Assembly: GCA_964652315.1 (NCBI GenBank)
Contig: CAZZBU010000006.1
Span: 1 to 63,445 of the forward strand
Reading direction: 5' to 3'
DNA: 63,445 bases
DNA from: an uncultured Bacteroidales bacterium
GTDB lineage: Bacteria > Bacteroidota > Bacteroidia > Bacteroidales > JAAAOM01
Shown: positions 27,857 to 37,417 of the stretch, piece by piece
Layout of the letters: each line of letters opens with the position of its first letter
How positions within the stretch are numbered: position 1 is the first letter of the stretch
Made by a program: the position numbers and the translations under genes
Notes under the pieces: generated by a model
What the model saw: the letters and a program-made list of their open reading frames with translations, nothing else
Database searches by the model: none
Told to the model about the DNA's origin: nothing

Positions 27857-30800
27857 TTATTCTTCTGACAGCGGAACTGCCGGAGCTTCAATTTCTATTA
27901 AAATGCCCTTCTCCGGGTGTTTAAATGCAAAATTCCCGTTTAATGATTTAATCCGGCTCATGAGATTAAACAATCCCATGCCTTTTTTCTCCACTGCTTC
28001 GAAATCAAATCCTATGCCATTATCCCTGTAGGTAAGGTATAGGTTAGCGCCATCGTACTCAAGGTTTATTTTTATTTCACTGGCATTCGCATGTTTCAGG
28101 GTATTGTTTATGAGTTCTTTAATAATTCGATAGAAGGTTGTTTCCAGCATGTTGTTGAACCGCGTGTCGGCGATGCTGGTATTAAAATCTATCGATATGT
28201 GGTGGGTAAGTTTTTCAATAAAATTATCAATGGCCGATACAATGCCATAATTTGTTAGAATATGCGGACTCAGATCGTTTGAGATTTGTTTTGTGGTTTG
28301 AATGGCTTCCCGTAATATTTCGTTAACCTGCTCGATAATATATTTTTGTTTTTCAGGATTATCGGTATCAACAAATGAATTCATATACATCCGGATGCTG
28401 GATAATAGCGGACCAAGATCATCATGCAGGTTTTTTGCAAAGTTTTCGCGTTCTTTTTCCTCGGTTTTGATGATTGCATCCAACACTTTATGCTCTGTTA
28501 ATTTGCGAAGAGTAATGTCCCTGATTATGGTTAAGATAGCTTTTTTATCTTCATAATTTATGGATTTGCTGTGAAATTCAACAGGACGGTGATGATGTTC
28601 ATCCTTTTTATAGTCAAGTTCAAGGGCAGGAGCAGTGCCTTTTTTTTCAACCTCACTAAAATGTTTTTCAATTTCTTCCTGCTGGTGTTTTTCAAAAAAT
28701 GAATAAATGGAACTTCCGATAATGTCTTTTCGGCTACAATTGAGATATTCCAATAGCCGGTGATTTGCCTCGAAACAAAAGCCTTGAACATCAGATATAA
28801 GAATAGCATCGCTGCTGTTATTAAAAATATTCCGGAATTTTCTTTCGTTTTCAAGAATGGTTTTTTCAGCCTTTTCGCGTTCGGATATGTCTCTGATGGC
28901 TGTAACCCTGGCCTGTTTTCCTTCATAAGGGATATTTCGTGCAAGGACTTCAACCGGAAAAGTTGTTCCATCCTTTCTGCGGGCAAGATGTACATAAGGG
29001 CCCTTAAAGCCTTCCTTTATGGCTTTTTTCACCATATCTTGTGACTCGGGCGCTACCATTTCAATGGCATTTTTACCGATTATCTCATCAACATCGTAAC
29101 CCAACATCCAGGCAATTTGAGAATTCACTGTCAGTATTTTTCCGTCAATTGAGATAACAATTCCTTCAAAAGCTGATTCAGCGAGATTTCTGAAACGTTC
29201 TTCACTTTCTTTTAATGCTTTTTCAGCCTGCTTCCGCTCGGAGATATCTTTTACTGTTCCTTTTATGCTGGTAAGGTTACCCTTTGAATCAAATTCTCCC
29301 CGGCCGATATTTTCCAGGTAAAGCACTTTACCTGCTTGGGTCAGAATCCGGTAATCAAATTTTACAATGTCTTTTGAAACTTGATGTAGTTGAAGTTTTT
29401 CCCGCACAAGAGACTGATCATCGGGGTAAACGATTTTTTTTATGAATTTTTCCAGTCCGATGGGATTTGCGTAGGTTCCATCGCCAAGAATATTAAAGAA
29501 TTCATCTGACCAGTGGATCACATTTTGATGAATATCAATCCACCAGTTGCTTAGTTTAGCAAGTTTTTGTGCCTCTTTGAGGTTTCTCTCGCTCTGTTTT
29601 AGCGCTTTTTCAGATTTTTTACGTTCGGTGATATCGAAAATTGCACCGATTAGGCCAATGATGTTTTCTTCAGCATCAGTATAGGCCGCTTTATGATATA
29701 TCACATCGCGGATCGAACCATCGGCGTACTGAAGTGAGGCCTCCTCTATCCGGTTGCCACCAAATTCTATTAACTGAAGGTCGGATTGAATATCTTTTTC
29801 AAAATCTGTATTTGGAAACAAATCGCGCACAGTTTTTCCATGAATATCCCCCCGTTTGAATCCGGTTGAAGCTTCAAATGCAGAGTTACAACCTACAAAT
29901 TCAGTGTTCACATTTTTGTAATAAACAGGTATAGGGATGGTTTCGAGCAGGGTCATCAGAAAGTCGCGGTGCTCTTTTTCTCTGCGTTCGGCTTTTTTTC
30001 TTTCAGATATGTCACGAACAATGGCCTGAATAAAGATCTCATTATTAAAAATAAGGGAGTTGAGTACAACTTCGGCATCAAAGGGTTTGCCTGATTTGGT
30101 AATATGCTGCCATTCAAATGAATGTGTATTGCCTTGCAAACTGGATTTGATATATTCCACGGCCTTTGTTTTGGATTTTTCACCATTGGGTTGAGTATCC
30201 GGTGAAAAATCAAAGGGTGTTTTACCTATAATATCTTCATAACTGCAATTAAAAATTTCAAGGGTTTTTTTATTGCAACTGATAAATTTATCTTTTTTCA
30301 TCAGGAAAATAGCGTCGTTGGCGTTTTCAAATACAAGCCGGTATTTCTTTTCACTGTCAATCAGGGCCTGTTCGTTCTCTTTCAGTTCGGTGATATCGGT
30401 AATAACCCCTATGGATTTTACCGGAGAGGTATTTTCATCACGTTCAAAGATTTGCTCGCGAATCAATACCCAAAATACCTGATTGTTTTTACCGACCAGA
30501 CGAATCTCGTTTGTTATGATCTGATTTCCTTTTGCTTTCAGTAATTTTTCCTGGTGCTGCTGGCATATAAGCTTGTCTTTATGGAAAACCAACAGGTCTA
30601 TCACATTATTGGCTTTTTCCAGTTCTTTATCTGTGTATCCGGTTAACTCAGTCAGGCGGTTATTGAAAAAGTTGAACCGGTTGGATTCGAGGTCCAGCAC
30701 AAAAATAACATCAGGCGTGGCATTGTTAATGGCTTCCAGAAAGCTGTTTGACCTGACCAGCTCCTGTTCAAATTCTTTTTTATCGGTAATATCCCGGCCA

Positions 30801-33760
30801 ACACCTATAATTTCAATCACTTCGTTTTTTTCATTCAGGATAGCCCTGTCGCTCCAGGCAAGCCATCGCCAACCATTTACTGTAAGTGCCCGTTGCTCAA
30901 CATAAGCCGTGTAGGGAGGTTTGTAAAGCTTCATCATGGCGTCGGCTGTGGGTTTTTGATCATCTACATGAACAAATGGCATAAAGGAACTACCCAGGAG
31001 ATCAGCTTCTGATTTGCCAAATGCCCTGCAATAGGATGGACTTACAAAGAGGTATCGGCCTTCTTTGTCCACTTTAACCACAAGTTCCGACTGCAATTCT
31101 ACAATCAACCGGTATTTCTCCTCACTTTCTTCAAGTTTTTGCTGTGCCTCGCGTTCCTCTGTAATATCACGGAAAAGGGCCTGAAGGCGACCATCAGCCA
31201 GTTGTTTGCTATTCATCTGAATGATGATGGTTTTACCGTCTTTACGATTAAGCCGCCGTTCAGTGGTTACCACCTCACCTCTCAGTACTTTTTTATATTG
31301 AAGGGGCCTGGTACCCAACTCATCTTTGGAGAAAAGCATAGAAATATTACCATTGACCAATTCTTCACGGCTGTATCCGGTAAGGTGGCACATGGTTGTG
31401 TTGGTATCCAGAATTGTTCCGTCCTGCTTTCCAACCAGGATACCTTCGCCAGCCTGTTCAAATAAAGTCCGGAATTGCAATTCACTTTTTTTGATTTTTT
31501 CCTGGTTCGAAAGCCTTTCGGTTATATCCAGGAACAAAACAGTAACGCTTCCCTGTGAGCTTTGGAAAGCATGGACTTCATACGAGCTGTTGAACCGTTT
31601 ATCGGCATAATTAAATTGTTCGGAATGCCATAATCCCCCATCCCTGGCAATGTTGCGATAAATCTCCGGGATTTCGGTCTGCGCAAGGTTGGGAAAAGCT
31701 TTTTCAATGGGCTTCTGTAAAAGAGACCGATGCTTTATGCCTATTATTTCATCTGCAGCATGATTGGTCATTGTAAGGATAAGTTCATTCTCTTCGTTTA
31801 ACTCGTACATGTAAAGTCCCATAGGTGATGAGTCAACAATGCTTTTGAATCTTTCCCTGCTTATGCGCAGAGATTCTTCAGCAAGTTTCAAAGGAGTAAT
31901 GTCGCGGGCAATAGAAAACACCTTTTTTTCCTCCTTAAGTGGATAAGCGTTCCATGACAACCAGTGATAATCACCGTTCTTATGACGGTACCGGTTATGG
32001 AGGTTATGAATGGTTTTTCCACGGGAAAGATCAACCGCAGTTTGCAAAGTAGCTTTTAAATCATCAGGATGAACAATGTCTTGTATTTTTATCGTAACAA
32101 ATTCTTCCGGAGTATACCCTAAGATGGATTCAATAGAAGGACTGACCTGCTTGAAAGGATTATTAAAATCGGAAATCACCAGAATGTCTGCGGAGTGATT
32201 AAAAAACATTTTTCTTTCCAATTCGGCTCTTTTGGGTCCGGTTATATCTATTACCAGGGCATCCCATAATAATGTCTGGTCAGGCTGTCTTTTTGGAAGC
32301 GCTTTGATGCGAAGGTATTTTAATTGATTTTTATCTTTTCTGGTCTTGAGACGCACCTCACAATCCAGTACATTGCCTGTCTCAATGGATTTTTTCCGGA
32401 GGTTTTTAAGATTTTCAATGTCTTTCTGCAGGCAATTGCCATACATATTCCAGGAATTGGTATATACATCTTCTATGGGAACTTCAAATAATTCTTCGAG
32501 CTTAGTACTGGCGTATATAACTTTGTCCTGCCCACTGGAGGTAGTAAGGATTTGCAATACCGCCCCTCCTGGTAAATTATTGCTGAGGTTTTTTATGCGT
32601 TGTTCGCTTGCTTTTAACTCATTGGTTTTAAGCTCAACCAACTCTTCAAGGTGGTTTCGGTATTGGTCTAATTCATTTTCGGTTTTCTTTTTCTCCGTAA
32701 TATCCCTTGAAATGGTACCGGTTAACACCTGTTGGTTAATCTTAATCGGGAAAGAGGTACTCTGGATGGTTTTGGTTTTTCCTGAGGGGGTATTTATGCT
32801 GTGTTCCCATGTATTTACGACAGGTTCTGTTCCTGAAGACCTTGATTTTAGAAAATCAGATTTAAGTTTTGCTGAAAATCCAGTATCCTTTGTTTCTTGA
32901 AAAAGGAGCACAGACTCTAAATCCCATACAAATTTTGTTATCGCCTCTTTACCGGAAATCTCGGTAATGTTTTCTAATGCCGGATTCCATTCAATGATTT
33001 TGCCATCCTGATCAACAATGGAAATACCATCGGCCGACTGCCTGATAAAGTTTAAAAGTTTTGTTTCGCTGGTTTTAAGTGCCAGCTCAACAGTTTTTCG
33101 TTCTTCAATCTCGGCTTTCAATTTTTCAGTAAGTGTAATCAGGTTGGTGTTTTTCTCAAAAAGCTCTTCGTTGGTTGCTTTGAGTTCCTCATTCACCAAT
33201 TGCAATTCGTCCGTTCGCTCCTTTACCAGAATTTCAAGCTGGTTACGGTATTCCTGAAGTTTTTCCTCAGTGCTTTTTCGTATTTCTATTTCGTCGAGCA
33301 GTTTTTTATTTGCTGATTTTAAGGCACTATTTGTTTCTTTCAATTCTTCAACAAGCGCAACATTTTCATGCCTCAGATAATACGCTTCAAAGGCATTGTC
33401 CAGGGCATTTTTGATCTCGTCCCTGTTCCATGGTTTGGTCAGATAACTGTAAACCCTGCCTTTGTTTATGGCATCGATGACGGATTCCATATCGGCATAG
33501 GCTGTAATTATAATTCTTATAATGTTGGGATGTGTCTGTGCAATCTCTGATAAAAACTCTGTACCTGATTTCTCAGGCATGCGTTGATCAGATATAAGCA
33601 CCTGAATATCATGGTTGTCGATAATATCCCTGGCTGTACTAATATCTTTGCTTAGATATATAGTATAATCCTTTCGGAACGTATACAAAAACCCATCAAG
33701 ATTTTCCTGCTCGTCATCAATATAAAGAATGCACTTTTGCTCTTTTGTCAGTTTCCCCAT
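27857..33760 (-). CDS. Cytoplasmic hybrid sensor kinase: REC, about 12 PAS/PAC repeats, HisKA_3 and HATPase
   Basis: N-terminal IDDE/SDQRMP/KPW; repeated SE.R/K-F/Y-R...RDIT PAS-PAC units; AKNLHDDLG H-box; ELINNTLKHA, DNGIGF, GMGL; no TM seen. Confidence 0.92.
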   Translation of the reverse strand: MGKLTKEQKCILYIDDEQENLDGFLYTFRKDYTIYLSKDISTARDIIDNHDIQVLISDQRMPEKSGTEFLSEIAQTHPNIIRIIITAYADMESVIDAINKGRVYSYLTKPWNRDEIKNALDNAFEAYYLRHENVALVEELKETNSALKSANKKLLDEIEIRKSTEEKLQEYRNQLEILVKERTDELQLVNEELKATNEELFEKNTNLITLTEKLKAEIEERKTVELALKTSETKLLNFIRQSADGISIVDQDGKIIEWNPALENITEISGKEAITKFVWDLESVLLFQETKDTGFSAKLKSDFLKSRSSGTEPVVNTWEHSINTPSGKTKTIQSTSFPIKINQQVLTGTISRDITEKKKTENELDQYRNHLEELVELKTNELKASEQRIKNLSNNLPGGAVLQILTTSSGQDKVIYASTKLEELFEVPIEDVYTNSWNMYGNCLQKDIENLKNLRKKSIETGNVLDCEVRLKTRKDKNQLKYLRIKALPKRQPDQTLLWDALVIDITGPKRAELERKMFFNHSADILVISDFNNPFKQVSPSIESILGYTPEEFVTIKIQDIVHPDDLKATLQTAVDLSRGKTIHNLHNRYRHKNGDYHWLSWNAYPLKEEKKVFSIARDITPLKLAEESLRISRERFKSIVDSSPMGLYMYELNEENELILTMTNHAADEIIGIKHRSLLQKPIEKAFPNLAQTEIPEIYRNIARDGGLWHSEQFNYADKRFNSSYEVHAFQSSQGSVTVLFLDITERLSNQEKIKKSELQFRTLFEQAGEGILVGKQDGTILDTNTTMCHLTGYSREELVNGNISMLFSKDELGTRPLQYKKVLRGEVVTTERRLNRKDGKTIIIQMNSKQLADGRLQALFRDITEEREAQQKLEESEEKYRLIVELQSELVVKVDKEGRYLFVSPSYCRAFGKSEADLLGSSFMPFVHVDDQKPTADAMMKLYKPPYTAYVEQRALTVNGWRWLAWSDRAILNEKNEVIEIIGVGRDITDKKEFEQELVRSNSFLEAINNATPDVIFVLDLESNRFNFFNNRLTELTGYTDKELEKANNVIDLLVFHKDKLICQQHQEKLLKAKGNQIITNEIRLVGKNNQVFWVLIREQIFERDENTSPVKSIGVITDITELKENEQALIDSEKKYRLVFENANDAIFLMKKDKFISCNKKTLEIFNCSYEDIIGKTPFDFSPDTQPNGEKSKTKAVEYIKSSLQGNTHSFEWQHITKSGKPFDAEVVLNSLIFNNEIFIQAIVRDISERKKAERREKEHRDFLMTLLETIPIPVYYKNVNTEFVGCNSAFEASTGFKRGDIHGKTVRDLFPNTDFEKDIQSDLQLIEFGGNRIEEASLQYADGSIRDVIYHKAAYTDAEENIIGLIGAIFDITERKKSEKALKQSERNLKEAQKLAKLSNWWIDIHQNVIHWSDEFFNILGDGTYANPIGLEKFIKKIVYPDDQSLVREKLQLHQVSKDIVKFDYRILTQAGKVLYLENIGRGEFDSKGNLTSIKGTVKDISERKQAEKALKESEERFRNLAESAFEGIVISIDGKILTVNSQIAWMLGYDVDEIIGKNAIEMVAPESQDMVKKAIKEGFKGPYVHLARRKDGTTFPVEVLARNIPYEGKQARVTAIRDISEREKAEKTILENERKFRNIFNNSSDAILISDVQGFCFEANHRLLEYLNCSRKDIIGSSIYSFFEKHQQEEIEKHFSEVEKKGTAPALELDYKKDEHHHRPVEFHSKSINYEDKKAILTIIRDITLRKLTEHKVLDAIIKTEEKERENFAKNLHDDLGPLLSSIRMYMNSFVDTDNPEKQKYIIEQVNEILREAIQTTKQISNDLSPHILTNYGIVSAIDNFIEKLTHHISIDFNTSIADTRFNNMLETTFYRIIKELINNTLKHANASEIKINLEYDGANLYLTYRDNGIGFDFEAVEKKGMGLFNLMSRIKSLNGNFAFKHPEKGILIEIEAPAVPLSEE

Positions 33761-34040
33761 GAAAAATCATTTTTTATTTTCACCACACACCATGACGTTG
33801 TTCATTTAATAGGAATATGTTAAAAATAATGATTAGGAAATTGTGATGTGATAAGGATTATTGGGTTATATATGGATATTATCCGCAATAGAAGCATAAG
33901 GTTCCTGTTTAAAAAAATATTCCGGTCATTTTTATAACTGATTTTAAAGATAGTTCAATTATGCCATCCTTAAAAGAAAAAATTCATTTCTTTTAGACCG
34001 GTTACTTCTTTCCGGAAGATAATAATATCATCCGTTCCCG

Positions 34041-34415
34041 CTAGAGCACATCAGCATACTCAATAAAACGAAACTCTATTGTTGGCAGCAGGGATTTATA
34101 GTACTGACCTGAATCGAGCATGTCCTCATCATCTTCGGCATAATACCAGTTTGCCCGCACCTTTTTAATTAAAGGGTTTTCAGTCAAAGTTTTAAACAGA
34201 ATATACATTTGTTTGGTTGACGATGTGTTTAGGTACTCCACTTTTATGTCCAGTACCACTTCTACCACTTCCAACTTTCTGGCATAATCAAATAACGGTT
34301 GATAAAATTTCAGGGAGTCTTCGGGTAAGGAAACACCTTCAATTAAAAAATAACCATTTTGGGTGATTTTAATGAAAGGCGTTGTTTTTGTGCCTTGAAT
34401 TAATATTTCCTGCAT
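34041..34415 (-). CDS. SiaC-family (DUF1987) regulatory phosphoprotein
   Basis: GTKTTPFI, IEGVSLPED, EYLNTSSTK, WYYAEDDEDMLDSG. Start at MQEILI (34415). Confidence 0.85.
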   Translation of the reverse strand: MQEILIQGTKTTPFIKITQNGYFLIEGVSLPEDSLKFYQPLFDYARKLEVVEVVLDIKVEYLNTSSTKQMYILFKTLTENPLIKKVRANWYYAEDDEDMLDSGQYYKSLLPTIEFRFIEYADVL

Positions 34416-34638
34416 GAGTTGAGGTTTAATGACTTGTACAAATATAATCAGGCACGGTTGAACAACCAAACTTTTTTAAAAAAAAATGATATGATACATA
34501 ATAAATTTATTTCGTGTTATTTTGTTAATCAAATTGAATGACTTTATTTCAAAGTCAGAGATAAAGTTTCAGACTATTGTCCAGAAACGAAATTCAAAGG
34601 CTTACGTTAAAAAAAGACTTTATTAATAACATGATTGT

Positions 34639-35220
34639 TTGTACCATATGAATGCTAAAACCGATTTAAGCAAGTATAACAATGCCTGGTATAAGCCAGG
34701 TAGCCTTTTAATGCGAAGTTTGTGGTATGTGACAAATATTTTCTTTATTAAAAATCAACTGGTTACATCATCTTTGTTCAAAGTTTTAATTCTGAGGCTT
34801 TTCGGAGCTAAAATTGGTAAAAATACCGTAATCAAACCGGGAGTGTATGTAAAATATCCATGGTTATTAGAGATTAAGGATTACGTATGGCTTGGTGAAC
34901 ATGCCTGGATAGATAATCTCACAAAGGTTACAATTGGTTCCAATGTTTGCATCTCACAAGGAGCATATATTCTTACAGGCAATCATAACTATACGAAAAG
35001 CACATTTGATCTGATGGTTCAAAGTGTTGTACTTGAAGAGGGGGTCTGGATTGGAGCAAAGGCCACGGTATGCCCGGGAATAACTTGCGAATCGCACAGT
35101 GTGCTGACAGCGGGTTCGGTAGCAACAGGCAATTTAAAACCTTTTGGCATTTACCAGGGAAACCCGGCAACATGGATTCGTGAACGAAACATTGATCCTG
35201 AAAAAAATAGGATGATATGA
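34639..35220 (+). CDS. wcaF: WcaF-like polysaccharide O-acetyltransferase (hexapeptide repeat)
   Basis: LRLFGAKIGK, VKYPWLLEI, WIDNL, CISQGAY, TGNHNY. Confidence 0.8.
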   Translation: MYHMNAKTDLSKYNNAWYKPGSLLMRSLWYVTNIFFIKNQLVTSSLFKVLILRLFGAKIGKNTVIKPGVYVKYPWLLEIKDYVWLGEHAWIDNLTKVTIGSNVCISQGAYILTGNHNYTKSTFDLMVQSVVLEEGVWIGAKATVCPGITCESHSVLTAGSVATGNLKPFGIYQGNPATWIRERNIDPEKNRMI

Positions 35221-35969
35221 AATTCAGCATTATAACAGCAGTGTATAATAACCGGACTTTTGTGGAAACTGCCTTGTTAAGTGTCATCAATCAGAGCCAC
35301 CCGGATATTGAGTATATTGTGATTGATGGTAATTCAAGTGATGGCACTGTTGAAATATTAAAAGACTATTATGGACAGGGCAAAATCACACATTTTGTAT
35401 CGGAACCGGATAATGGAATTTATGATGCACTTAATAAAGGATTAACACGAGCAACAGGAGATGTAGTAGGGTTTTTACATTCCGACGATTTTTATGTAAA
35501 AAACAATATCCTTGCAGACCTGAATGATATTTTTGAAAATAATTTAACAGACGCAGTTTATGGCGATTTAACTTATGTTTCTAAAAAAAATCCTGAAATT
35601 ATTGTCAGGTACTGGAAAAGTTGTATGTTCTCCCCTTCCCTGCTGTCAAAAGGGTGGATGCCACCACATCCAACATTCTTTGTAAAGCGGGAGGTATACC
35701 TTCGTGCAGGTTTTTTTGATACGGGGTTTAGAATTGCTGCCGATTATGAACTCATGTTACGATTTCTGGGGAAATATAAAATATCTGCGAAATACTTCCC
35801 TGAAACTATAGTTGCCATGCGGGTTGGTGGAGCCAGTAACAGGAGCATAAAAAACCTTTTTGTGAAATCTTATGAGGATTTCATTGCAATTAAACGCTAT
35901 AATACAGGAAACTTTTTAACTTTGTTGCTGAAAAACATGTCAAAAGTCAGCCAGTTTTTCAAGCAATAA
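35217..35969 (+). CDS. Glycosyltransferase family 2 (WcaE-like)
   Basis: FSIITAVYN, VIDGNSSDGT, SEPDNGIYDALNKG, LHSDD, PPHPTFF, AADYE. Confidence 0.9.
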   Translation: MKFSIITAVYNNRTFVETALLSVINQSHPDIEYIVIDGNSSDGTVEILKDYYGQGKITHFVSEPDNGIYDALNKGLTRATGDVVGFLHSDDFYVKNNILADLNDIFENNLTDAVYGDLTYVSKKNPEIIVRYWKSCMFSPSLLSKGWMPPHPTFFVKREVYLRAGFFDTGFRIAADYELMLRFLGKYKISAKYFPETIVAMRVGGASNRSIKNLFVKSYEDFIAIKRYNTGNFLTLLLKNMSKVSQFFKQ

Positions 35970-36073
35970 GTACGACTGTCAACCCAAAATGCATTTTTTT
36001 TCAACAAATTCCTAACATGATTGGTTATTATTTGTTAAGTAAATAAGTATATTTAAGAATAAATCGTGTTAAT

Positions 36074-37258
36074 ATGATACTAACCACTGAATGGATGTTG
36101 CTTCTTGCTCTGGTCGGGGCTTTTGTAATTACCTATTTATCTATCCCCACCCTTGTTAAAGTGGCAAAAGCCAAAAATCTTTTTGACATTCCCGGGATTC
36201 GAAAATCACATACTAGCAATATCCCCACTCTTGGCGGAGTAGCCATATTTGCCGGATTACTCATTACGGTGACTTTATTAATCGACACAAATTCGATTCT
36301 TGAATTTAAATATATTATAGCTGCCCTGACCATTGTTTTTTTTATAGGAATTAAGGATGATATCCTGGTTATTGCACCCAATAAAAAACTATTTGGCGAA
36401 ATACTTGCTGCGCTGGTTTTGGTCTTATTAGCCGATCTGCGCATTACAGACCTCCATGGCTTTTTTGGTATCCGTGAGATACCTTATGTGGTAAGTGTAT
36501 TATTGACACTTTTTGTGATTATTGTTATTCTTAATGGATTGAATCTAATCGATGGCATTGACGGGCTTGCATCAGGTGTGGGTATTCTTGCTTCCATAAC
36601 TTTTGGTGTTTGTTTTTATTTGGCCGGCGAATACCAGTATACTATTCTGGCCGTTGGCTTAATTGGTGCCCTGGCCGCCTTTATGCGATTTAATGTGTAC
36701 CAAGGCAATTATAAAATATTTATGGGAGATACAGGGTCATTAATCATTGGCTTATTTTTATCCGTTTTTGCCATAAAGTTCAATCAGATAAATGTATATA
36801 GCAACACTAATGATTTCAGCCTTTATTCCTCACCGGCCGTTTCATTTGGAATCCTTATTGTACCATTGTTTGATACGCTGCGTGTTTTTGTAATTCGCCT
36901 GGCCAGGGGTAACTCCCCTTTCTCTGCCGATAAAAACCATGTACATCACCGCTTATTAAGACTGGGGCATAGCCATTTAGGTGCAACCAGCCGCATCCTT
37001 TTAATTAATACTGCTTTTATCGCTTTTGTGTTTGTTTTTGATGGAATGGGTATCCTCGATTTAATGCTGATCATACTAACTGTAGCCACTGTTCTGTCGT
37101 ATCTGCCATCCATAATCTTAAGAAATACAAAACCAAGACAGATTTATGATCCTGAATCCCTGCCTAAAGTTAAAATTAAATTCGACTACAGCCAACCCGA
37201 AGAGTATCCCCGGGAGCCTGTGGTAAAGGCCAAGGAAAAAGAAAGCATTTCAGTCTGA
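36074..37258 (+). CDS. Undecaprenyl-phosphate alpha-N-acetylglucosaminyl-1-phosphate transferase (MraY/WecA family)
   Basis: PTLGGVAI, GIKDD, NLIDGIDGLA, IFMGDTGS, DKNHVHHRL. Confidence 0.9.
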   Translation: MILTTEWMLLLALVGAFVITYLSIPTLVKVAKAKNLFDIPGIRKSHTSNIPTLGGVAIFAGLLITVTLLIDTNSILEFKYIIAALTIVFFIGIKDDILVIAPNKKLFGEILAALVLVLLADLRITDLHGFFGIREIPYVVSVLLTLFVIIVILNGLNLIDGIDGLASGVGILASITFGVCFYLAGEYQYTILAVGLIGALAAFMRFNVYQGNYKIFMGDTGSLIIGLFLSVFAIKFNQINVYSNTNDFSLYSSPAVSFGILIVPLFDTLRVFVIRLARGNSPFSADKNHVHHRLLRLGHSHLGATSRILLINTAFIAFVFVFDGMGILDLMLIILTVATVLSYLPSIILRNTKPRQIYDPESLPKVKIKFDYSQPEEYPREPVVKAKEKESISV

Positions 37259-37417
37259 TGATTACAAAATACAATATCGTGCTCACTTTTTGAAATATCT
37301 ATGCCGGATGTCGGCAGCAATTAAAATTAGTGGTTGGCAGCAATTCTACCCTATGCATCATGATAGCAAAATGAACGAATTATGTGTTTACAAATCCGGA
37401 AATTGTAAATTTACATC

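Noticed and set aside
34522-34626. 34-aa TTG-start ORF upstream of wcaF
   Set aside because: Short, weak start and no motif; cannot be supported without Ribo-seq.
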